Virus record (IMG/VR): IMGVR_UViG_3300031953_000095
Coordinates: 1 to 24,904 of that record
DNA: 24,904 nt
From: a virus
Lineage: Duplodnaviria; Caudoviricetes
Direction: 5' to 3' (one strand)
Numbering within the stretch: the stretch's first letter is position 1; each line of letters starts with the position of its first letter. A program made the position numbers and the translations under genes. Below are positions 1-7,945 of this stretch, in pieces. Below the pieces are notes generated by a model, which saw nothing but the letters and a program-made list of their open reading frames with translations, searched no databases and was not told the DNA's origin.

Positions 1-188
1 TGCTCATAACTTACTCCGAAGAGTCTAGTCAATTCAGTTATTTGCGATTCGCTCAGCTCAGCTTCTTTAGAAATAACTCTTTTAAGTGCTAGGCTAGGAA
101 ATTTATTCTGTGGAAATAGCCTTTTAGCAATAAAAGTGTCCGACATTGCCGAATCTTTTATTAAAAGCTCTAAATCTATTGAAGCCAT
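1..188 (-). CDS. Putative XRE/Cro-like helix-turn-helix protein (3' end runs off the window; not in the ORF track)
   Basis: Manual translation from ATG at 188: MASIDLELLIKDSAMSDTFIAKRLFPQNKFPSLALKRVISKEAELSESQITELTRLFGVSYE..., open to the window edge. The helical pattern and the 'L..Q...L..LFGVS' ending resemble XRE-type HTH domains. Confidence 0.6.
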   Translation of the reverse strand, partial: MASIDLELLIKDSAMSDTFIAKRLFPQNKFPSLALKRVISKEAELSESQITELTRLFGVSYE

Positions 189-209
189 AATTTCGTTTGT
201 TTGATTCTT

Positions 210-217
210 CAAATGTA
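210..217 (-). promoter_or_regulatory. Bacteroidota-type -7 promoter element (TACATTTG) upstream of the HTH gene
   Basis: Exact match to TAnnTTTG, 21 nt upstream of the ATG in an AT-rich intergenic region. No perfect -33 TTTG box at canonical spacing. Confidence 0.5.
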
Positions 218-262
218 GCAATAAATTTGAACTAAAAAAAATAATTTGAAAATAAATTAAAA

Positions 263-775
263 TTATTTTCCAAAAATCAACAGCCCTATTTTGGCACTGG
301 TTCTCTTAGCATTTATATTATATGATGCGCCAATTATAATCCGCCCATTAATATAGTCAAGGCCTACCAGGTTTGACTCAGCAAAATCTGATTGGACATA
401 ACCGTAGAGCCTCTTTGGTTTAGCTTGGGTTTTTATAGTTGTAGTTGTTACTGGAATAGAATACTTAGGATTAAATTCAAAGCTCTCAAGACTCCCTAGA
501 GTTGTAAGCTTCCAGTCCAGAGTCCCATAGTCTATTGGGACGGTCCCCGCGTATCGTCTTATAGAATCATATTTTGCAGGCTCAGGACTCTCCAGGACTT
601 CAATGATATTATATATAAGACTGTCTTTATATGAATATATAGTTGTGTCTTTCTCTATGTATTCTATTTCGGTCTTATATGTAGTTATCTGCTCGGAGCT
701 TGGCCAAAACAAAAGATAAAGAAACACGCCCCCGAATAGGAGGCCTGCTATGAATATTATTGCGTATGTTTTCAT
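263..775 (-). CDS. Membrane-anchored lysis-cassette protein, spanin-like position (170 aa)
   Basis: N-terminal hydrophobic helix (YAIIFIAGLLFGGVFLYLLFW). ATGA overlap with the endolysin stop. C-terminal short beta-strand-like segments. Confidence 0.55.
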   Translation of the reverse strand: MKTYAIIFIAGLLFGGVFLYLLFWPSSEQITTYKTEIEYIEKDTTIYSYKDSLIYNIIEVLESPEPAKYDSIRRYAGTVPIDYGTLDWKLTTLGSLESFEFNPKYSIPVTTTTIKTQAKPKRLYGYVQSDFAESNLVGLDYINGRIIIGASYNINAKRTSAKIGLLIFGK

Positions 776-1257
776 GAGTAGTATAATTTAACTTCTTCAC
801 CTCTTCTTCGGCGCAGGCCATTTTCAAATATTGACCCGGCGCTTATCCACTTCACAAACTCTTTTCCAACAAGTGGATCGTTTGGATTTGCTCTCATCAA
901 AGCCAATAGGGTTGAAGGCTTACCGTTCTTCAATTTAACTATGCCGGACTTCCAGGAACTTCCCGGACCAACATTAAATAATATTGATACAAAGGCCGCA
1001 AACTGATTGTCTGTTACTGGAGTACTTCCAAGAGCTTTGTTTGCCATATGCTCAAAGTCTCTTATGTGCATAGCCAATAAAATATCAGCTTCTTGTTGCG
1101 TTATTGTATCACCTCTCTGCACTCTTGATCCGTCAGCGTAGTATGTTGCTCCCCATCCAATAGTCCAAGGGTCTTTGCCGTTTTTATATGCCTCGAGCTC
1201 ACAGCTTTCAAACTCTTTAATTAATTCTACTCCGGCGTTATTTGTCTTTCTCGTCAT
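772..1257 (-). CDS. Endolysin, GH24 (T4-lysozyme-like) family, 161 aa
   Basis: Motifs GVELIKEFE..L.AY....WTIGWG.T, ITQQEAD, QFAAFVSILFNVG and GLRRRRGEE. Located directly downstream of the holin. Confidence 0.92.
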   Translation of the reverse strand: MTRKTNNAGVELIKEFESCELEAYKNGKDPWTIGWGATYYADGSRVQRGDTITQQEADILLAMHIRDFEHMANKALGSTPVTDNQFAAFVSILFNVGPGSSWKSGIVKLKNGKPSTLLALMRANPNDPLVGKEFVKWISAGSIFENGLRRRRGEEVKLYYS

Positions 1258-1756
1258 AATCTTTTACTTTATTTTCTTTTTTGTCGTAAAATACTTCTAG
1301 CTTGCTTAGCGCGAATTTAATAGGTTCCCAAGGATAAATCTTGTATAGGTTTTTCATAACACTAGCACCTTCAAAAGCTAACATAACAGAATAGAATCCA
1401 GAATCTACTATGAAAGCTATTAAGTTTTCTTCGCCATTTATAAGAGTGTTTTTCAGCAGCCCTATACATATCACTGCTGCGCAAATCCCAAATAGTTTTG
1501 TCGCCAGCTTCCTATATAAGTCTCGTCCTGAAAACGTGCTATGAGCAATATGCGCTATGCCACCAGCGACCGTATCAAGTAAGACAAGCAACATCAACCC
1601 TGCTGCAAAATCCCAGTCGTTAAAAACTCGCTCTTCAAAAAACTCTACAGGTTTAATTTGAATGTATGTTAGAAGCGGTCCAAAGTATATAGCAGAATGA
1701 ACATTGAATATCTGCTTTTGGTTAAGGTGATAACTTTCTAATAGTTTAGTTGGCAT
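1238..1756 (-). CDS. Phage holin (holin family 4-like), 172 aa
   Basis: About three hydrophobic segments, motifs LLDTVAG...FSG...RK...K and EGASVMKNL, highly charged C-terminus, 20-nt overlap with the endolysin. Confidence 0.8.
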   Translation of the reverse strand: MPTKLLESYHLNQKQIFNVHSAIYFGPLLTYIQIKPVEFFEERVFNDWDFAAGLMLLVLLDTVAGGIAHIAHSTFSGRDLYRKLATKLFGICAAVICIGLLKNTLINGEENLIAFIVDSGFYSVMLAFEGASVMKNLYKIYPWEPIKFALSKLEVFYDKKENKVKDYDEKDK

Positions 1757-1761
1757 AATTT

Positions 1762-4700
1762 CTATATAAGTGATCTTTCAATTAATTCTGTTTCTGTTAA
1801 AGCTCCGGACTTATATGCTACAGCACTAAGCATATCAGAACCCGTGCTAGTAATTATTAAATCAGGCACCGGCGTAAAGGCTTCAACTCCTATATAAACG
1901 CCGTTAATGTACGTTTTCATTGTCCCAGGTCCCGGTTCCACATACTTCAATATCGATTCTTCGTTTATGCGTTCCAATATAGAATAGTCTGTTACAGTAT
2001 TGATTAGTCCGGATGCTGTGTAGATGTCGGCTGGACGGGATACAGGTGAGGTTAATGTTTTTATGAAAGATGTCCCAAATGTTTTTTGGGTTGCCATAAT
2101 TCTGGAAAATAAAAATTCAGTTCCGGTATTAGGTATTTGTCCCCCCGTAGCACCAAGATAAACAAACATTTCGTCCGTTATATCTATAATTCTATTATTA
2201 CTTACAAACGTCAATTCTAGCCATCCATTAGCTAAAATGTTTAATGACCATTCACCAGTGCCTCCGCCATTATAGGCAATTGTATTATTATCATAATATA
2301 AGCTAACGGACGAAAAATTAACTCCCTTACTATGGTTTCTGACCAAAAAGCTTATCCCATCTGTTGAACCTGAAAGCCTTTTTGTTAAAACTCTAACTCT
2401 GATAAAATTAGCTTCTCCTAACCCATTAATTTTAACTATCGGTACGCTTCCTGTAGTTGCTGTTTTAAAAACTTTTAAAACGTTTTCGTACCTGTTTAAT
2501 TCAGATTGTTGGTATACTATATTGTTCCAGTAGGCTCGCATATTAGCGTGGTATGTAGACCCCTCAGCTTCAGTTGGCCCTGCTTCGCTATATAATACCC
2601 TATTAGTATCATCAACTTCTAACAAAACACCTTTAAAGATTCCATTTTCAAAATTAAATCTTGGTTCATTGTTTGGCAGTCCAGTTACCAATAATCCATT
2701 CTTTGTAAACCGGCTTCCGCCACCCCCGCCCGACACATTTAAATCGGCACCAATTAAACTTGGCACCACTGAACCAATATTACTAAACAAAATATTGGCC
2801 ATATCCCAGTCGTATTGCAAAAGTTTATCTGTGGTCGGCTTCACGTCCATCAGAGAGGCCCCAAATTCTCCTCCTGAGGCCTTAACTCTATTATATTGGT
2901 CATTTAGATACTGTCCATATTTGGACTCCATAGAACCAAAATTATAGCCTCTAAAATCGACCGTCGGATTAACTACTGCAGCAAAAACAGCCGTAAGCAC
3001 TCGGCTACCCGTAACCGTAAAGGAATATGGATTTTGAGTTATTTCAAATAGACCCTCAGTCCATCGAACAAATACAAATCCAGGAAAACTTGTAGCAGTC
3101 AATTCAGCTGTAGAGCCTTCTGGATAGGTGCCTCCACCGGTGGCAGTTCCATTAGTAGCCACTGTTGATATTGAGTACTCAGTGGCTGCGACAGAATATT
3201 CTGTCGGGCCTATAGAGGGTGGATTAGCTACGGGATTACCTAGAGAATCAAAGTCAATTCCTTGATCTGTTCCAACCCCAATTAAGTCAGCCTCCAACTC
3301 AGAAGTAGAACTGGTAGTAAGGATCGGAGTTCCAGCCATTTTAACATATACTGAATTTATCACTTCTACACCAGCCCGGGATAGTTCAATGTCGTTGGAA
3401 AAGTTATTGACAGCAAGACAATTGATAATCTTAGTGCCGTCTCCTGCTCCAGAAAATATCCTAAAGCCGTCTGCAGAAGTGTCTTTGACGGTACAGTACC
3501 TGAAGATAGTGTCTGTTGCGCCCTCATCAGCCTGAAAGCCTTTGCCACCTATTACTACACATCTATCAAACAAAACCCCCATAGCCACTCCAGAAGTACC
3601 TGAATGCCTCCCAAAGTATGATGCTCCTTGGGTTGTACCTTCCATAAATATGTTAGTGAAAGAGCAATCGTATACTCTATAAATCCCTCCAAGAGGATCA
3701 AGAGAGCTGTGAATAAATATAGTAGTTGGAAAAGCGAAGCCTTTCAGCCAGGCCCATTTATACCTTTGGTTGCTTGATCTTGCTTGCAGTCCTAGATTAG
3801 ATGGATTTATATTTTCTCCATAGGCATCAATAAACTGCAAATCGACGTCTGGATAGTTGGCAGCAGAAGGAGCTGGATGCTCAGTAAGAGTAGTGCCATA
3901 ATTTCTATTCCTAAAGTTGCGGCCTATTACACCACCAGTCTCAAGCTTTATTGATCTCTCTACATTATTCTTAGTAGTTATATCGCATAGATAAACTTTT
4001 TTATCTGAATGTGGAAAAGAAAGTTCTACAGGAAAATACATAAAGCCTTCGCTAAATATAGTTTCTTCAAAGTCGATGCGTCTAAATTCTTTATACTCTC
4101 CTAGAAACTTTACTAAGAAAGGATAAAAAGTGCTTGTCTTGTCGTGAGTGAAAGAGAAGTTTGCCACCCTAACTTTATTAGCTTCAAAGGCCTCGTCAAT
4201 ATTTGAGAAAGACCCTCCGCCTATATCCATAAATCTCCTTACGGTAGTAGGGCCTTCTCTTTGGTCGTTGCCGTTAATCAGGGGTTTAGTTCCCTGTCCC
4301 CAAGCATCAAATGTTATCCAGTCCGGATATTCTCCTGCAATTTTTGGGCTTGTTACAACTATCCACTCTCTTGAGAATTCTCTTCCCCGTCTATAGAAAT
4401 AGGATTTACCAGGTGTAGCTGTTAGACCAGAGCCATTAAATTTTTTATATGGCTTTGCTCTTGTGCCATCGCTAGGATTAGCAGAGTCGTCATATGCTGA
4501 GTCGAAATAAATGCAATCATTGGCATATGATATAGAGCACAATACATCTTGGTATAAACTTCCAATAGAGACCCGCACAGTGATAGAAGTGCTTCCAGTT
4601 AAACCTGCTGTAGAAGCTACTGAAATCATTCCTGTTAGCGAATTAACTTGGAAGTTTTCAGAGCCTAGGAACTTTAAAAATCTAAACTGTGATTCAGTGT

Positions 4701-4839
4701 AATTTGTGCCCTCTAGCTTATTCCAAATTTTAGTAAAAGTATATAGGAACCCAACCTCTCCAATCTGGTCTCCCACTTGAACATCGCTAGGCACTATATA
4801 TTCTTGCTCGCTGACAGCTAAAGGATGCTTGTCTTCCAT
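1762..4839 (-). CDS. Multi-domain tailspike/depolymerase-like virion protein: cadherin-like + right-handed beta-helix + InlB-B-type repeat + phage fibre domain (1025 aa)
   Basis: Cadherin-like start (VPSDVQVGDQIGEV...FQVNSLTGMISV). Pectin-lyase-fold entry motif DGTRAKPYK...PGKSYFYRRG. LIGVG...D.LGNP...PSIGPTEY cap. GTATGGGTYPEGSTAELTATSFPGFVFVRW repeat. NEPRFNF...GVLLE...TN and TSFIKT...VSRPAD fibre motifs. Confidence 0.7.
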   Translation of the reverse strand: MEDKHPLAVSEQEYIVPSDVQVGDQIGEVGFLYTFTKIWNKLEGTNYTESQFRFLKFLGSENFQVNSLTGMISVASTAGLTGSTSITVRVSIGSLYQDVLCSISYANDCIYFDSAYDDSANPSDGTRAKPYKKFNGSGLTATPGKSYFYRRGREFSREWIVVTSPKIAGEYPDWITFDAWGQGTKPLINGNDQREGPTTVRRFMDIGGGSFSNIDEAFEANKVRVANFSFTHDKTSTFYPFLVKFLGEYKEFRRIDFEETIFSEGFMYFPVELSFPHSDKKVYLCDITTKNNVERSIKLETGGVIGRNFRNRNYGTTLTEHPAPSAANYPDVDLQFIDAYGENINPSNLGLQARSSNQRYKWAWLKGFAFPTTIFIHSSLDPLGGIYRVYDCSFTNIFMEGTTQGASYFGRHSGTSGVAMGVLFDRCVVIGGKGFQADEGATDTIFRYCTVKDTSADGFRIFSGAGDGTKIINCLAVNNFSNDIELSRAGVEVINSVYVKMAGTPILTTSSTSELEADLIGVGTDQGIDFDSLGNPVANPPSIGPTEYSVAATEYSISTVATNGTATGGGTYPEGSTAELTATSFPGFVFVRWTEGLFEITQNPYSFTVTGSRVLTAVFAAVVNPTVDFRGYNFGSMESKYGQYLNDQYNRVKASGGEFGASLMDVKPTTDKLLQYDWDMANILFSNIGSVVPSLIGADLNVSGGGGGSRFTKNGLLVTGLPNNEPRFNFENGIFKGVLLEVDDTNRVLYSEAGPTEAEGSTYHANMRAYWNNIVYQQSELNRYENVLKVFKTATTGSVPIVKINGLGEANFIRVRVLTKRLSGSTDGISFLVRNHSKGVNFSSVSLYYDNNTIAYNGGGTGEWSLNILANGWLELTFVSNNRIIDITDEMFVYLGATGGQIPNTGTEFLFSRIMATQKTFGTSFIKTLTSPVSRPADIYTASGLINTVTDYSILERINEESILKYVEPGPGTMKTYINGVYIGVEAFTPVPDLIITSTGSDMLSAVAYKSGALTETELIERSLI

Positions 4840-4848
4840 TATTTAGTA

Positions 4849-7800
4849 TTATTTTACGGTGGTAAATATCCGACCCGAAGCGCCATTGTCACATATAAAC
4901 ATTGCTACAGGGCGACCATTCAAAGACGTTTGGGCGATCCCTGAAATAGTGTTAGTAGTATAAGCAGGCAGAGTCTCATAAGACTCAAAATCTTTCGTTC
5001 TAATAATCATGCCATTCTCCCCAGCAAAATATAGATACTCTCCTATTTGACTTATACAGTTTATTGATTGCGAACTTGATGGGGGAAGCATCTTCTCTGT
5101 CCAGGAGTCTCCTTGATTAGAACTTATTGTCACGTAGCCACCTGACGAGTCTCCTCCGCGCCAGATATAAATAAAGCCATTGAACATTCCACAACCTCTA
5201 AAAGTCCTGTTAGCTCCAGTTGATTTGGCTGTGAAAGTCACGCCGAAATCTGTGGATATGTGAAATCTATTAGTACCAAGATCAGCTACGGCGAATATTA
5301 GTCCGTCTCTTGAATTAATCCCTTGAAATGCATACTTTGTTGGAGTTCCGCCATTATCCCACGTAGGCACTGTAGAATCAAGCCAGGTTAAGCCATCGTC
5401 GTTAGAGTATACTATTTCACCAGTCCTAGCACAAGCGGTCCATAGAGCCTGCCCAACATGTTTTATGTCAGTAAATTCATATGTTCCGGGAGCAGCTATA
5501 GGAGTAAAACTTTTGCCTAAGTTTATGCTCCTAAGTAGATTGTTCGGTCCAGAGTCTCTTCCCGCTAATATTAAAACTCCTGATGTAGATAAATCAAAAG
5601 AGTAAAAAGCAATGTTCCCAGTATCTCCTCCAGGATAGAAATGCCTTGCGTCAGGTGATGAATAAAGTCTAGTGCTTGCTCCGCTTGTAGCAGTCATATA
5701 GAATACGCCGTTGCGAGCTAAAAGCTTCCGCATACTTAATAACTTTGTATCACTAGATTGAACAAAGTCGAAGGCAAATCCAGGGAAGAACGAAGCAAAG
5801 AAATTATATAGTGCCCCACTGTCTACTCTATTTAAAGAATCTTTAACTGGTGATAAATCTATGTATGGAACTAGCCTACCAGAAACTTCGTCTACATAAA
5901 ATCTATCTTCATCGATAGGAGTTATCTTAACAGCTGTATGATCTAACTTATCAGCCTCATCTACTATGCTATTTATTTTTGTAGTTATCTCTTCAGGAGA
6001 ATCATTCTTTTCGGCTTCTTCTTGAATACCTATTAGCTTAGTCATAAAGGTAGTTGTAAACCTCTCGACGTCTTCAAAGCTTTCATATGCCGCAGCTACT
6101 TGAGCTCCAGACATTGCTGCCGCAAATAAATCCTGATCCATCGTTTTAAGATAGGTCCCAGGAAGGCCTATTGCGGTTGCTCTATACTCGGCCCATTTTC
6201 CGTCGCCGTCGTCTTCAATAAACGCCTGAAAAGGTAATCTAGTAACCTCGTAGGCATCTCTTAAAGCTATAGTAGGAAAACTTTTTTGAGCTAATACTTG
6301 GTCACCTAAAACAACCTCATTCTGCTCGTTTAGAGCTAACGGAACTGTCGGCCCTGATGTTGATGCAGGAGAAACTTTAAAGGTCAATCCGTCAATCTCT
6401 ATGCGTCCTAGCAAAGCATCTACTAAGCTATTACGAGTATATAAAGTAACTCCAGTTAGAGCTTTAGCTATTATAAGATTATTTGCATCAAAAAATCCGA
6501 TGAGCGAATTAAATATTGGAGCTGTTATATAGAAGTTATTTGGAACCGATCCGATATTTTTTCCAGTCACAAAAATATCGGTTTGCTGCATTGTTGCAGA
6601 GCAAGTAAAAGCCCCAGACTTCTCAAATATAATACTAACTAAATCAACAGCTCCCAAGTTCATATTAGCACAGGGAGTTATAACCGCTCTAGACAGAGTT
6701 TTAAATGAGTGATCTACATATGAATATGCAAACGAACTGTCTAGTAATAATGTATCGGATATATAATTTTCAGTGTTGTGATTTTGTTCTGGTGAGTCTA
6801 TAATAGATAGATAAACCCCGGAGCCTACTCTAAAGCCGTTTATATTTTTAGTGAATGTTGTAAAGGTGCAAGCTCCTGGAATAGATACTCCAATAGCTGT
6901 ACCTTTAAAAGCAACTGACGGTCTATATAAATCATACTCTCGGCCTATCTTAACATCTTGTGCAGTAGAAGAGAATACTGGGAAGTCTTCAAAATCATTG
7001 CCGTCGACTATATAAGTTATGTCTCCATAAACTTCATTCGTCTTTTTTGATGCCGAATAAGTACCAATCAAGTCTTCTCCTATATTAATAAAAGACATCA
7101 GCACGAAGGCATCAATCTCGGGATTATATACTGCGGTACATTTTAAATCTGAGAGGTGATTCTCAGGCAATATACCGGTTGGAGTCTGATCTAGGTAATA
7201 TTTTAAAGGCTTGGTTATAGTCCCATTATTGTAAGTAATCGTTAATTCTTTTTGCCCGGCTGAGTGTGTAACTATTGGAACCCTTATCTCATGCCTAGCG
7301 CCTAAAACTATATTAGGCATGTTGGTTGTTATAGTAACTCCAAAAGTTGTGTCGTCTATTTTAGACACTTCTCTATAGAGCTTATCAAGTATCATATATT
7401 TTCTAGTAACACAGCCTATATAGTCAAAGCCACAATCAACTCTGTTCCGGGGATCGTATCTAGCTGTAATTACACCAGGCCTCAATGAATTCGCATTTGG
7501 AGTAGGAACATCGCAATGTATGCGATTAAAGCTATACTCTAAAATATGTTCTGTATAATACATAGACTGAGCTATAGTTTCAAAACCAGTTGTGCTACTT
7601 GCTGTTAGTATAATAGGCTCAGTACTCCCATTGTGTATAACTAATCTATCACTAGGGTGCGAATGTCTTGTGTAATAGTCGGTCATAATATACCTAAGCC
7701 CCGAAATGAGCTCGGCATTTTGAGACAGTGAAGACATTTCTGCAAAGGTCGATTCAATCTCATAAGCCGCAGCGAGGCTCTCTAGTTTTTGATCAACCCA

Positions 7801-7941
7801 TTGTCTATAGACTAAATCAAGTGGGTCTAAATCTTGCTCTTCAACATAGCTCAAAATATCTTTAACTAGAATTTTGAGGTCTGTCGCGGAAATTATTTCT
7901 CGGACTTGTATATTATCCGCTTTAATGTTGTGTTCACTCAT
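4849..7941 (-). CDS. Tail fibre / receptor-binding protein with C-terminal BNR (Asp-box) beta-propeller (1030 aa)
   Basis: N-terminal TFAEM..L.....L..G.RYIMTDY.T fibre-type motif. AYES..D..RFT....KL.GI...A stalk motif. Six Asp-box-like repeats (SSPDARHF, SINLGKSF, SNDDGLTW, STDFGVTF, SSNQGDSW, TKDFESY). Confidence 0.7.
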   Translation of the reverse strand: MSEHNIKADNIQVREIISATDLKILVKDILSYVEEQDLDPLDLVYRQWVDQKLESLAAAYEIESTFAEMSSLSQNAELISGLRYIMTDYYTRHSHPSDRLVIHNGSTEPIILTASSTTGFETIAQSMYYTEHILEYSFNRIHCDVPTPNANSLRPGVITARYDPRNRVDCGFDYIGCVTRKYMILDKLYREVSKIDDTTFGVTITTNMPNIVLGARHEIRVPIVTHSAGQKELTITYNNGTITKPLKYYLDQTPTGILPENHLSDLKCTAVYNPEIDAFVLMSFINIGEDLIGTYSASKKTNEVYGDITYIVDGNDFEDFPVFSSTAQDVKIGREYDLYRPSVAFKGTAIGVSIPGACTFTTFTKNINGFRVGSGVYLSIIDSPEQNHNTENYISDTLLLDSSFAYSYVDHSFKTLSRAVITPCANMNLGAVDLVSIIFEKSGAFTCSATMQQTDIFVTGKNIGSVPNNFYITAPIFNSLIGFFDANNLIIAKALTGVTLYTRNSLVDALLGRIEIDGLTFKVSPASTSGPTVPLALNEQNEVVLGDQVLAQKSFPTIALRDAYEVTRLPFQAFIEDDGDGKWAEYRATAIGLPGTYLKTMDQDLFAAAMSGAQVAAAYESFEDVERFTTTFMTKLIGIQEEAEKNDSPEEITTKINSIVDEADKLDHTAVKITPIDEDRFYVDEVSGRLVPYIDLSPVKDSLNRVDSGALYNFFASFFPGFAFDFVQSSDTKLLSMRKLLARNGVFYMTATSGASTRLYSSPDARHFYPGGDTGNIAFYSFDLSTSGVLILAGRDSGPNNLLRSINLGKSFTPIAAPGTYEFTDIKHVGQALWTACARTGEIVYSNDDGLTWLDSTVPTWDNGGTPTKYAFQGINSRDGLIFAVADLGTNRFHISTDFGVTFTAKSTGANRTFRGCGMFNGFIYIWRGGDSSGGYVTISSNQGDSWTEKMLPPSSSQSINCISQIGEYLYFAGENGMIIRTKDFESYETLPAYTTNTISGIAQTSLNGRPVAMFICDNGASGRIFTTVK

Positions 7942-7945
7942 AGCT

